Positions 1 to 12,679 of a stretch of DNA of 64,000 nt are shown here, piece after piece. A program made the translations under genes and the position numbers. The notes beneath the pieces are model-generated. The model did no database searches. It saw nothing but the letters and a program-made list of their open reading frames with translations, and was not told the DNA's origin. Each line of letters opens with the position of its first letter. Within the stretch, counting starts at the first letter, position 1. The DNA is from Gordius albopunctatus (lineage: Eukaryota): contig OZ193909.1 in assembly GCA_964276515.1 (NCBI GenBank), positions 2,604,001 to 2,668,000 of the forward strand, given 5' to 3'.

Positions 1-30
1 TTTTACAGACAAAATTTAAATAACTATAAC

Positions 31-2042
31 CTGAATTGGGTGGAGGTGGAATGGAGAACATATTAGCCATAGGGGGAAATGGAGGTAAGATATTGGGTAA
101 GTTGAAGAAAGGCTGATTCATATTCATCGTATACGGATTGGTAAAATTAGTTGGTTGAGCTGGCATGGCATAAGGTGGTGGTGTTTGTTGGTGAATTGTG
201 TATTTTGTGTGAACCTTATGACCAATGAGGTTTATATAAAATTTAGTTAAATCCTTAAAATATGTGATTACCAAACATAACAAAATTTAAATGAATAGCA
301 AATACATACAAATCTATACTATTCTGTGCAAAATTACAAATAGTTTAGGTTGGTATCAGGATGTTAATGTTCAAATGCATTAAAGCAAATTAATTCATTG
401 ACCCATTAAGATGTCACACTATCTTTTTAAAAGTCCCCTCTTTTACAAAAAAATGAAACCATTTAATTAGCAAAATCTCATCTGACATTTAATAAGAATC
501 AAATTTGATAATATCAAAAGACTAAATATGATGGCTTCGTGTATGATAATTTTAACAATTAGCCTTTAATGTGTTGAATCAAGAATTAACTAAATGTGTA
601 AAATTAAAATATTAAATTTTTTAAAAAACAAACATCAATCTAATATATAATAAAAACTATAAGTTCTTCAAGTTTCTTATAAAAGAAATTTTATATGATA
701 AAAACAGGCAACAATTTACTGTATCTATCAGATTTTGTGCCAATTTTTTTGCTGCTTCCACACCCTCTTTGGTACTAGACCTATGGCAAAAAATATTTTA
801 GGTGTAAATCTTTATGTAGAAATTTACATAATATGGATGTGCAAAGGTTCCCAGGCTTCTTTGCCTGAAGCGGGTTCCAGAAAACCAGAGCCTTTTCCAC
901 GTATTGATATAGTTGCACCTGTTTGTTTTCTAATATGGTCCAAATAACAACTCTAACATTAACAAAATTAACATAATACTATTTATTGGGGATATTTGTG
1001 AATTATATATTTCAAAAATAATAAAAAATTTGAATCAATACTAATAAAAGAATTGTAAGCTCAAGTTAGTTATTAAATAATAATCAGCACACTCCTTGAT
1101 AAACATTTTATGGTGTTTTTTAATGTGGTATTACATTTGGTCCTTGTAAATTATCCTTGAGGGGGAATGTAGAGTCATTTACTTGGTCCAACCCAACAAA
1201 AACTTTTTCCTGTATATAGTGACCCTAAATTAAAGTATAATATATGGGGTTAACACAAAAAGAATCCCATATACTTGTATTATAAAGATGATAGAAAATA
1301 ATATATTTTAAGCTAATTTTACAAAGTCTAACAAATCTTAAATTTAGTGGCAAAAATAATTTATAATTTGTTGAAATTTTACCAGTGGATATTGATAATT
1401 CCCCATTGAACCCAAATTGCTTATCTGAAAGTTTGGGACTTGTGGGTTTGGCAGGTGACTTTTGCCTTTATTTTGTGAAAGGCTTCCATGTTGAATTTGA
1501 TTAGTTATATATGTTATGATTGAATTTATTTTTTTTACAGCATCTAAAATTTTATAAGTATTAAACAAATTTACAATACTAATAAGTTTGTCTTTGTCTT
1601 GTGAAACTACAAAAATTTGACTAATAGCTGAAAAATCTTTTTCATCACTAAAATACATTCACATTTTATCAATTATAAAATTTACTTTTCAAGTGAGTTT
1701 TGCTTCTGTAATTCAATTCTAACAGAATTCTTTTTTTCAATCTATTATTATTATAATAAGTAAAATATATAGGCAAACTTCAGATATTATTTCGTTTTGG
1801 GTAATGATCTTTTTAATAATTGGATCTATATATTCAATATCAATATGATAAGATAGCTTATCATTATTTTTATAAATAATAGTTTCGTCCAAGGGTTGTT
1901 CCTGAAAAAATAATTTTACAAATTAATTTTATATTACATTCGTAATTAAATTATTGGATTTTCCTTTGGCCATCAAGATGGCATTAATTCGAGTTGCCGC
2001 TAATGCGGCTGCACTAAATTTTTCTTTAGCGACGTTCGCCAT
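31..2042 (-). CDS. KHDC4: KH domain-containing splicing factor KHDC4/BLOM7-like (partial, continues off left edge). Inferred exons: 2042-1938, 1901-1779, 1741-1686, 1647-1580, 1543-1383, 1224-1135, 952-828, 780-720, 214-31
   Basis: Spliced translation gives [41 protein letters not shown]...[61 protein letters not shown] and a Pro-rich tail, matching KHDC4 motifs as recalled. All introns are GT-AG with consistent phase. Confidence 0.85.
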
Positions 2043-2090
2043 TAAACTTCTACAGATACTGACAATTAGTTACAAGTTTTAAACTTTATT

Positions 2091-2745
2091 CGTAGATTAG
2101 ATAAACTCATAGACTAATAAAACTATAGACTGCCGAACAGCTGATTTTTACTATTGAAATCATTCAGACACTAAAATAGCTATCATATTGTGGGAAAAAC
2201 TCAAAAATGGGTTTTAGAAAATAAATAACACTAATAGCTTAATTTATAAATTAAAGAAAATAAGTAAATTAGAACAATAAATTATGCTAAATTCTTTTGT
2301 TTGGTTGCAATTTCCCACAATATGTCGCTTCCTATGTTTCCTGAAAAATTATCAGCTGTTCGGCAGTCTATAGTTTTATTAGTCTATGGATAGACTGCTC
2401 ATAAACGCACAAAATGTGTACCCTTTTTTCCACCATTTTAATAATAACATGGTAAAGTAGTGATTATATAGATATTAGTAATTTTTATAAATATAATATT
2501 CTTACAAAGGTAAATAAAAAAATATTGAATTGAGTAGAAATCAAGAGCATACACAATACATAAAAATTAATAATGTAAAAATTGTGATAAAAGTTTGTTT
2601 TATAGCGCCATCTATATCTTGCATAATCTTAATTAATTGGCGTTCGTTCAAATTTATAAACTAGTGATGAAATTAAATTGATTGTTATATCGCAAGGTCT
2701 AAATGCACCAGTTTGGGATGGCATGAGCAGTCTATCTAGTCTATG
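2091..2745. mobile_element. P-element-like MITE (outer element), TIR ~CATAGACTAGATAGACTGCTCAT
   Basis: Perfect 8-bp TSD ACTTTATT at 2083-2090 and 2746-2753. Right TIR 2723-2745; left TIR is interrupted by the inner element. Confidence 0.75.
2108..2388. mobile_element. P-element-like MITE (inner element) inserted in the left TIR of the outer element
   Basis: ~38-bp TIR CATAGACTAATAAAACTATAGACTGCCGAACAGCTGAT at both ends; 8-bp TSD GATAAACT/GATAGACT (1 mismatch). Confidence 0.8.
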
Positions 2746-3587
2746 ACTTTATTATGGTCCTTGTCTCCGCCTGCACGATATAAATTGATTATACAGATGT
2801 TACAGATTAGAATTTTAAAATTTATAAAATTAAACTTGTGATCAGAAAAATAGGGACAGGTTTTGCCTGGGAGCTTAGATGTCTGGTAAGTAGAGTCATA
2901 ACAGTAAACATCAACATATTATGTAAAAATTTTCAATCTGCATATTATTTTGAGAAATTGGTATTTGATAGGTAATTATATATATACTTAGTTGTTACAA
3001 GTAAAATAATTCCATTCCAACAATAATAAGCTACAAATAATTAATAAGAAACCCAAATCCAAATATACACATACATCGCGCGAAATACAAAGAAAATTCC
3101 AAATATTAAATTGTGTATATATCGGGGAACTAGAGTTCGATACATTTATCCCCATATGGTTTCGGTTCGTACTCACAATGCGATGTTATTTAATTAATAT
3201 TCAAAATGCGATTAATGGATAGGGGCCGAAGGTACAAAAAAATCAACCTTGCTAGAAACTACTAATGTTCGCTTGCTAGCACCATATGCGCTAGCAAGCG
3301 GCATTTTACAGAGTGAAAGGGGGGAGCGTGGGAATAAACCAACCACGACACAATCGTCGTCTAATTACCATTCAAATTACATGGCACACAAGAAAGTAAA
3401 GGGTTTATGATGGTATTTACTTATCGTCGACGTATCCTTAACATTTCGTATCTAATTTGAAGTTTATAAGCCTTTATTCCTTTGAGATATTTTTAAATTT
3501 TAAGGCTTGTAACTAGTGAACAATGTTTTCTGCAATTTCTTCTCCTGGTATTACTTTAAAGTCATTCATACATATATCATTTCTAAA

Positions 3588-4660
3588 TAGTGCTGTAAAC
3601 ATTTGTAAAAAAATCGAACGCGTTCAACGTTCATTGACAAAAATCGAACGCGTTCACGTTCACGTTCGTCTAAAAAGAAAAGGAACGCGTTCACGTTCGT
3701 TCAAAATTTTATGATACATTTTTTTAAAGTTTAATTTAAAATAAATAAATGTCTTATATTTTTTAATACAATAAATAGCCATGATAAAAAATAATAGTTT
3801 TATTTCGACAATATAATTATAAATCAATATAATCTATTTTCTTATTTATTTTTAATAATAATTTTTTTTCAAAATTGTCTTCTGATAAGCAGGAACGCTT
3901 GGCAGTTAATACAGCATTAGCTATACTAAAAACCTGCTCCACAGGGGCAGATGAGGGGATTGGAGTATTATATTTAATAAACAAACTTTTTAAAGGAGGA
4001 AATTTATTAAAAACTTTTAATGTTTTGTCCCTCGCTTCAAAAAATTGCGACAAGATATCATCCTCCAATGCGCCCTCTACTTTCTCGCCAAAAAATGATA
4101 TCACGGAATTGACAGCTCTTTCATTATCAATTCTAGGGGTTTCAATAACACTAAAAGTTTATTCTTTATAGGTTCATTTTAATTATTGAATTTGATCTTT
4201 TATATTAAACGAGCGAAAAATATTTTTCATATTTTGGCCATGGCAATTTTAATTCATCTGATGATTTTGAATATTCAGAATCTGAAGATGACGACGATAT
4301 AATATTATGATTGTCCATATTAACCTATAAATTAAACTATAATTAATAATATCAAACTAATTAACTTTAATCTAATCTTCTTTTGCACGTTATAGTATGT
4401 TAAAAGTATTTCGGAATTGGTAATAGGAAACAGGAAAAACAGCTGATTAAAAAATATAATACTTTTTTGTTAAAAATTCGGATTGACATTAATTTTCAAA
4501 TAAATAAAAACAAAAAAGGGTTTTTAAAATTGAACGAACGTTAAATTCGAACGCGTTCATCAAAAAAGGAACGCGTTCACGTTCAAAGTTCACCAAAAAA
4601 TAAAAGAACGCCGTTCATGAATGCGTTCATAAAATTTGAACGCGTTCACTTACAACACTA
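3588..4660 (-). mobile_element. Non-autonomous hAT element with transposase C-terminal dimerization-domain remnant (ORF 3817-4104)
   Basis: FPPLKSLFIKYNTPIPSSAPVEQVFS...KRSCLSEDNFEKKLLLKIN; TIRs TAGTGCTGTAA / TTACAACACTA; subterminal GAACGCGTTC repeats at both ends. Confidence 0.85.
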
Positions 4661-4689
4661 TGAAATAGTAAAAGGGCTTAAATGCTTCC

Positions 4690-5100
4690 ATTTCCAAAAG
4701 TCACAATAGGATCTTCACGCTTCTAAAGTAAGTGTTAACGATTGCCATACCGTTTCCATGGGATACTTGGAAAAGTTTTTCCCCTTAATTTTTTCAAGCC
4801 ATGTCTAAGGCCTCCGTGATTTCGTTTATATACGAAACGATCTATTCCTACGTGGGCGTTGAAGTCTTCCCCAATAATTAGCTTTTCTTCCTGTCGTTTT
4901 CTGTATTTACTTTTCCAATAAATCAAAACCACGTTATTTCATACACCCATTTTGGGGAGCATATACAACGCATAATAGGCCTCCTTGAACCTGTAACCCT
5001 CTTCTAACTCCTGATCTTTAATTTCATTTCAAGTCGTCTCTTGTAAACAGACGATGTGCATTTAAGCATTTGTATAACCTGGAGGATTTTTCCCCTAAAC
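4690..5100 (-). mobile_element. Degenerate LINE (RTE-like) APE endonuclease fragment
   Basis: ORF 4735-4932 contains LIIGEDFNAHVG...HGG, resembling the GDFNA motif of RTE endonucleases. Boundaries approximate. Confidence 0.6.
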
Positions 5101-5599
5101 GTACCCAAATTCTAGCTTGTTATTCGCATTGTAACTGAATTCCTTAACCGCCTTTGTAGTGAGTCAGCCTTTAAGTGTATTTTTCGCCTTGCACGGATGG
5201 AGATGGAGTGCGCGTTAATTGTGGAGGACCCCTCTAGTTTTCTATTGTAATATTTTTTAATTGTTAATCTAATGAGCTTTTGGGGTAAGATTTTGGTTTT
5301 TAAAACACTTGAAATACAAAAGAATATATTTTATTCGTGTTATGACTAGAGTTCGCAACGGACTTGCTAGGAGACCTGTCCAGCCGTAACCGTTTTGAAA
5401 ACTTTTGGACTCACTCGAGCCCACCCCTCTTTATTTTATCCTAGGGCCGCCCGTATCCATTTCAAAAATTTGCAGGCAATCCCTACTCCCTCATATTTAT
5501 CCACTAAAGATATGGTCCATACCCGGGGAGAGTGTATTGTCCGGTCCACCATTACCGCAATTTTGACATGATTTAAAAATTATTAATAATACCTGGAAG

Positions 5600-6588
5600 C
5601 ATGGGCGTAGCTAGCTTTTGAATTAGGGGGGGGGGGCAGATAACAAAAAATAAAGGTCTCGCCTATCCAAAAAAATTTTCCGGATTTAAATTTAGCTAAT
5701 TAGAGGGGGAGGACAGCGCCTTAAATTCTAACTTTCATTAAATCCTATAGGCGAACACAACTCGTTCTATCCATCCAGCTCTACACTCCTCACTTTCTAT
5801 TGGCATGCTATAATTTAAAAATTATTTGATATAATTAAATACCAAAAACATGCAATTACTATATAATGATGATACAGAAAAAAATAGGTGTCTGAAAACC
5901 TATATAAAAAGTTTTTGCAATTTACTAAAAAATACTGAATATAGCCCAAGCCCCACAAAATTTTTAATAACTATATAAATAATCAATATTCATAATTAGA
6001 TTAATGTAATATAAAATATATCTGCATAAATTACTAATTTTTTTTTTAAATCATAAAATTATTTAAATAAATTTAAAGTATTTCATAAATTTTTCTGAAA
6101 TTTATATATAATTAATAAATATGTCGAAAATTATTTAAGCAAAACACATAAAATTTTCAAAAAAGTCTTTGCTAAATAATTAAAATACTGAAATAAATAT
6201 TATCAAAGGTCAATAAAGATTCAAAATAAAATTTTTTAACTTACCTTTTTAATAAAGTATGTACGAATATCCATTAAATTTGATATTGTTAGGGAAATTA
6301 ATTTGTATGTATGTATTAATTTTAGGAATAGGAAATAAATAATGACTACACAAACACAATCGCAACTATTAATCTAAAATTTAGATTTAATTTTACAAAA
6401 ATAATTTAAATTTATGTGTAAATTCGCTAATATAAGTCTCTGTATTTATTTGAGTTAGGTTCAAATAGGGGGGGGGGGGCAAAACATAATTTTTTTAATT
6501 CTTAAGGGTTTTTGTATTGAAATTTTGTTTTTTTTCTAAATTAGGGGGGGGGGCAGCCGCCCTCCCCTGCCCCCTGGCTACGCCCATG
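5600..6588. mobile_element. hAT-type MITE, CATGGGCGTAGC family (long copy)
   Basis: TIRs CATGGGCGTAGC / GCTACGCCCATG; perfect 8-bp TSD CCTGGAAG (5592-5599, 6589-6596); subterminal G/C runs. Confidence 0.9.
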
Positions 6589-7266
6589 CCTGGAAGTTTA
6601 CCTTGCTTCCGTAAGCTGCAACGTCACAAATATTTAGGTGAACATTATATCTTAGATTTTATATCCGCAATTTCTATCCTTTATTTCCAACTAATCAAAA
6701 TGTACAAAATGTGTAATAACAACAAATAACAACGATCAACCAATTGAATGATGATTTCCAGAAAATAAATGTAAGTGTTGGACGATGGCCGTGAGAAATT
6801 GCCGTGAAATCAATCCGCTAGAATGAGTGACGTCTAGGAGTAAAGGAAGGTATTGGGTAAGGGGGGTCGTTTGGTTCTTCGTTCATGCTACCGCTGGGCC
6901 AATGTGCTCTAAATATGAAAAATAAAATATCCCCCCGCCCCACAGGACTAACGAGTCGAAAAATAAATATATGATTGTATCATGGTCAAATGCCCGCTAT
7001 TTAAACCTTGTCGATGCACTTCTCAATTTGCTTGAGGATGCCGACTGGTCGATGTACTGCATATTTCCACTAATATGAGGAATAATTTTTACATATTCGT
7101 CTGCTTATAATTAGTGCCCATTATTCACATAACTAATTTTAGTTGGCAAGATACAACACGCTATCTCATTTGCGTAAGCGCCTTCATCGGTTTGTAAACT
7201 AAACGTTAACCAAATTAAATTAAATCATACCTACAACATTAGGGTATAGTTTGTGTCAATTGGCAG

Positions 7267-7428
7267 CATGGGCGTAGCCATCATTGGGATTAGAGGGGTG
7301 CAATAATGATTTAGGGAGAGGCAAAATAATAATTTTTTGAAATTTTAGCCATAATTTTATAAATTTCAACAAATTTTTTGATTTAGAGGGGGGGGGCAGT
7401 CGCCCCCCCCCCCTTGGCTACACCCATT
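7267..7428. mobile_element. CATGGGCGTAGC-family MITE (short copy)
   Basis: Same TIRs; degenerate TSD ATTGGCAG/ATTGTTAG. Confidence 0.8.
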
Positions 7429-7544
7429 ATTGTTAGCTTTATCCATTATTTAAATCTCTTCTCAACCTGTCATATGTGAACACATGAAAGTTCATGATGA
7501 TCCACATAAAAATTGTTATTTAAAACACATTACAATTCTTACTG

Positions 7545-8976
7545 TTTCGATCTCGTCTCGTCTCGGTCACAAAAACGAAATCTCGTCTCGTCTCGACTTT
7601 TAAAAAAATATACGGAATAAAAATTTATCCCGTTTTATTAAAAATATTAAATAAGTGTTAAAAAATTAAAATTGCAAATTTTTATATTTTTTGAAAAACT
7701 TTAATACGCAAACTTTTTAAAGATTTAGCGGGACCCGACATCTCATTGACAATATAAAGACATTAATTCATTCATAAAAATAACATTATCTATTGAAAGT
7801 GCAGACTAAAAAACTATAAATAAATTTGAAGTATAGAAAATTAAATTTTATTGTTCTAGCAAATTATAACATTTGTATCATATCACTGTGTTTGTCAACT
7901 ATAAATAGACTTAGAAAACAATAAGTTCGGTTAGAGTTGACTTAGTTGCATAATTGAGCAAATGAGACCCTTTATTAACCTTGGCTAAAGCTTCAAAGTA
8001 GACCTTAACATATTTAAGGCATACAATTAAGTCCATTAGTTCCATCATTAATTATAATAACTCATAGTGCTTATTGCATGTTTACTATAGCGTTATAAAC
8101 CACAAAATTCGAGTGACTTTTAAGGATAATATTATTATTTACAGAATTGATAACTAGATGCACATATAAAAACGTGTAGAAACAACAATAAAAATAGCAT
8201 TATTATAGGATTAAGAACATAAGGTTTTAAACTTTAAATTGCACGTATTTAAATTTATGGCAAAAATCATTAAAATCAAATTTATATTCCAAATAATTAA
8301 CTTCCAAATCTAACTAACTTTGCCATTAAATAGTTATTTATCGAATATAGTTGAAGACTAAAACTTCTAGAAAACTCATGCTTTAGATTTAACCAATTAT
8401 ATTGCGGTGTTATTAAATACTCTATTGTACTTTTGAAATCGTTAGGCGGGTGCTCAAAAATCTCGAGCCACCTTAATTATTCAAACTGATTAACTACCAA
8501 TTTATAATTACCGCATTATGCAGGATGAGTAACTGCGAAATATAAATATGCTTTATTAATATTTACTATTCAATCATAACTCCTTCTAATTCTAAGCCTA
8601 TAATTTTGTAATATTTAATAATGCTATGGATTCAAATATGTTATAAAGATATTATAAAATTATTCACATACCTTAAGGGTCAACCATATTTAGGTAAATG
8701 ATTGAAAAATTTTAAATTTTTTGCAAAAAATATAATATTTAATGGAATTTTTTTAATGTCAAATATATTCCATACATATTGATTTACATTTAATACCTTA
8801 AATGTAATTTAAATTAAAATACACAATAATTTACTAAAATCTAACGATCAATAAAAAGTCGAGATCTCGCCAAAAAAATCTCGTCTCGTCTCGACATCAA
8901 AATTCTCGTCTCGATCTCGACTCCATTTTTCAAATTCTCGTCTCGTCTTATTTTTCTCGTTTTTTCCGCATCACTA
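7545..8976. mobile_element. Degenerate DNA transposon (probably hAT) with TCTCG subterminal arrays
   Basis: (TCTCG)n clusters at 7548-7596 and 8860-8960; right end CCGCATCACTA; left TIR not identified. Confidence 0.5.
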
Positions 8977-9347
8977 AATTCTATTCTCTTGAATCGCTTT
9001 AAATTGTATTTTTACATAATGTGTGCAGATCTAATCAAATTTAAATCTTATAAAAATTAATACAAATTTTCTTTTTAGTCAACTAAATATTACTAAACAT
9101 ACTTTAATAATATAGCACATAACGTTCAAAAAGAAACTCTAAACATAATTCTTTTATGTATTTATATATTGTATAGCATTATTATATGTACGTACGGATA
9201 AGCGGCATTTTTTATTTCACATTGTCTGTTGCAACTTTCACCTTTTTTACATTCAAATCATGATATTATAAGACTTGTTTAAACAAAATATATTATTAGA
9301 GAATGATGCTATGAAAGGTGGCAATAATTATAAGATCAGCTTTAACT

Positions 9348-9728
9348 TTATCGGAGAACATGTAAACGATTCATTAATTTCCGTTCCTCGATATGAGCAT
9401 GAATAGATTGTGCGATGAGTATGAAAATTGAAGACATTAGTAGACAAGATGCAAAAACTCCAATTAAATAGGGAACTACTAAATTTAAGACTATGTGTAA
9501 AACGCACGTTGTAGCTCCTAACAAGATGGCATATAAATAAATGTTTCTAATAATATTACATATAAATTTTTTCAGCTTGCTGATATATGTTTGGATTATA
9601 TGAGTAAGTTTGAATCTTTTAATGGGTTTCTTGCGTTTGGTTTCTACACTTTTAACTCTATCTACGCCTTCATAAGATCCCAAATTTTTGGTATGCTTTA
9701 TTTGATAATTTTCTTCAACCGCTATCAT
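9348..9728 (-). CDS. Hypothetical small membrane protein or exon (basic N-half plus two hydrophobic segments)
   Basis: 126-codon ORF in very AT-rich DNA; hydrophobic stretches IYLYAILLGATTCVLHIVL and LVVPYLIGVFASCLLMSSIFILIA; no family recognised. Confidence 0.35.
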   Translation of the reverse strand: MIAVEENYQIKHTKNLGSYEGVDRVKSVETKRKKPIKRFKLTHIIQTYISKLKKFICNIIRNIYLYAILLGATTCVLHIVLNLVVPYLIGVFASCLLMSSIFILIAQSIHAHIEERKLMNRLHVLR

Positions 9729-10862
9729 GAGTTTAACACAGTTGTTACTATCAGATAATATTTTATATATAACAAATAAATCAAAACCTTGGTATTATAG
9801 TGTTTAAATCCTAATAAATGTAATAAAGCATTGTTAACAAATTTAATTAATGATTGTTACACCAAAAAGCATTTAGGTAAGTAATAATATAATAACACTG
9901 GTCTACAAAAAAAATAACCGGGAAACGGGTAAAATATTCCGATAGAGTTTTTTGTGGTGAACACAAATATGTTCTTGTTTTTTCTCTATACGTCAAGTTC
10001 ATAGACATTTCAATTCAAAGTTGTGAAAATGACCGTTTTTGACCCTTTTCGATGCTCAATAGAGCGATATTGAATGGCTAAGAATTTTTTTAACCTCTAA
10101 GTGGTAGAACAAACTTAGGGTAAAAGATTGAAAAATGATTTTTTCCCCTATTGTTTTAACTTTTTAATATATATCGAATTTCAATTAGTCCCTATGCGAA
10201 GCGATATCCTTTGTGCATCCCTCACTCCCTCTCAATCTAATTGGGTTTATAACACTATACTCTTGGTGCATGTCAGAGATGGATGACGTGAGGAGTAGTG
10301 GCGTAATACGAGCTATTCCTCTAGTAGAGAGGGAGGATGACAGGCGTAATAGTAAGAATAGTTCGTATTAACCCCCACTACTCTTGCACCCACCACACTC
10401 ATCAATCCCTTTAATCGGGCTGGTTTAGAGGGTCATAATCAAGATGATTTTGATTATCTACCCAAACATAAGAGATGTGCCTGTCACACCCTAAACCTGA
10501 TTGCTACTACTGATGTGAACAAAATTTTGAAAGAAAATCATGGGTTTAATAAATTATATAATTTTTAATTTTGTGTGCCAGGCACTTTGGAACCTGAATA
10601 GCATAGCAGGTTCGCAATATCGGCACAAACCATACTTAATCGTTTGGGGTGTAATATCCCTACCCTGTATTAACTAGATGGAACTCCACATTTGAATCCA
10701 TCTCTGTAATAATAAAAATGATTCAAAATAAGTCTAATGAGTTTCATACTATCTGTGATGAATAAAGGCTTAAAATGTTTGCTCTGAAAGAATGTAATTT
10801 TTTACTGGAATATCAATTGGTGAGTCATTTCTTTTAATTTTAATGTAATGGAGCCACTTTCT

Positions 10863-11110
10863 AAGGCCCCTGAAATTTTAAAGGGGCAAACATATATGTA
10901 TATGGCTTATTATACACCTTCTTTAGGCCAAATTTAGTTATGTCTACAAAATATGGTTTGCTTAAAATGAGCTGAACCATTAAAAGAAGGCCCCTGAAAT
11001 TTTAAAGGGGCAAACATATATGTATATGGCTTATTATACACCTTCTTTAGGCCAAATTTAGTTATGTCTACAAAATATGGTTTGCTTAAAATGAGCTGAA
11101 CCATTAAAAG
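10863..11110. repeat. 124-bp tandem duplication (2 copies)
   Basis: 10863-10986 and 10987-11110 appear identical (AAGGCCCCTGAAATTTT...CCATTAAAAG). Confidence 0.9.
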
Positions 11111-11366
11111 ATGCTATTTTGAAAGGCATAAACATCAGGTATCAAATATAATTGGATTCAAAGACTATAATCATATGGTTTTAAGATTTCCAGATTTTTA
11201 TGACGAGGACAATATTATTTTAGCTGTCCTGCATCTGATGTTTAAGACAGATTGGGCTTAGATAAGGTCATCAGAAAATCTGGAAGAAAAGTACAGAATT
11301 TTAAAGGCAATAAATTCAATATTGCCACAAAATACAGAAAATATATGGTTAGGATTTCTTAGATAT

Positions 11367-11930
11367 CTTCTTCTTTATCGTGTTGAAAATCCCACAGACG
11401 TGGGGTACGTTTTCAGCAGCCTCTTCCATCTGAGTCGTGTGAATGCCATCCCAATTTCCATCTGTTTGGCGTCCATATCCTTTTCGACCAGTCGTTTCCA
11501 GGTGGCACGTGGTCTGCCCCTTCCTCTTCTTCCAGGCACGTCCATCTCCAGCGTTCGGCGTGTGACATCGTCTTCGTCTCTTCGTAATACATGGCCGTAC
11601 CACCGCAGTCGATTTTCTCTTAAGAAGTCCTTCGTCGCTTGTATACCCATCTTTGTCATCAAGGATTCGTTCGTCATGCGATCCAGCTTGGTGTAGCCTA
11701 AGCTCCATCGCACCATTCTCATTTCCGTGACTTGCAAGAGTTTCTCCTCCGCGCTGGTTACAGCCCATGTTTCGCTCCCGTAAAGCAAGACCGGACGCAC
11801 GATGGTTTTGTACGCCTTGCTTTTCAACCAAATTGGTATCTTTTTGTCACACATGACACCGGAGATGCTGCGCCACTTGAGCCATGCTTTCTTGATCCGA
11901 GAATGGACTTCGGCGGTACATCCTCCCTCT
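11367..11930 (-). mobile_element. RTE-clade LINE, 5'-truncated copy
   Basis: RT C-terminus (YKTIVRPVLLYGSETW, RLRWYGHVLRR, RGRGRP); short (AAG)n tail; TSD AGATAT (11361-11366, 11931-11936); near-identical to the 56868-58170 copy. Confidence 0.95.
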
Positions 11931-12679
11931 AGATATAAGACGTGATAATTTTAATAAAGAAATAATTTAAGACTATATTAAGCTCAATAATACCTCATTT
12001 GATATAATGCTTATAAGTGTTATACATATAAGTCTTTATCGTTTCTATATTGAACTAGTAAAATTTTCATAGGTGAGATCAATTTAAGACAAATAAGCCA
12101 AGAAAGTACAAAATATTTTATTAGGGAGAAGGTACAAAAATGTTAAAGAGACTCTAATTAAGCTCTTTATTAGAATTAAATATTAGTGATTCATGGTTTA
12201 TTTAAAAATTAAGTCTCTGGGACTGTAGTTTATAATACAATTATCCAAACAGAAGTGAAAAGGCTAAAATTAATATAAGCTTACCAAAATAAAACTTAGT
12301 CCCGTTGTAAGCTTATTACTAAAAGCTATTATATTTTTTCCAACTAAATATATTTTCCAAATTCTTAGATTTAATAAAATATTCAAAATAATTACGATTA
12401 ATTGTGGTACACGTGTATACTACGTTTTAATGTTCGCGGTATACTTTGATCTTACCTAGATTTTTTTATTATTTATGACGTAAAAGGGTTAGAGAATAGT
12501 TCATCAATCCTTGTAATTAAAAAAAGCGCGTAAAAATAAAAAATCTAGGTGTCCGCGTCCTTAATTTTCGTGGGAGCGTTTAAACATAGATTTTTTCGAA
12601 TTAGATATAAAAAAGGTGCATCTTAATAGTAGATGCATTTTCCGGTTAAACGAAATTGATAAATATATCAAATATATCT

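Noticed and set aside
3270..3300. 11-bp-stem hairpin CGCTTGCTAGC...GCTAGCAAGCG as ncRNA or terminator
   Set aside because: Isolated; most likely subterminal sequence of a decayed DNA transposon.
11322..11932. Overlapping ORFs 11322-11696, 11349-11831 and 11732-11932 (and counterparts at 56743-57440) as genes
   Set aside because: Antisense or alternate-frame shadows of the GC-rich RTE ORF.
10190..12300. Coding-looking degenerate sequence around the 124-bp duplication (e.g. LIVWGVIS)
   Set aside because: Many stops; could not be assigned to a family without a database search.
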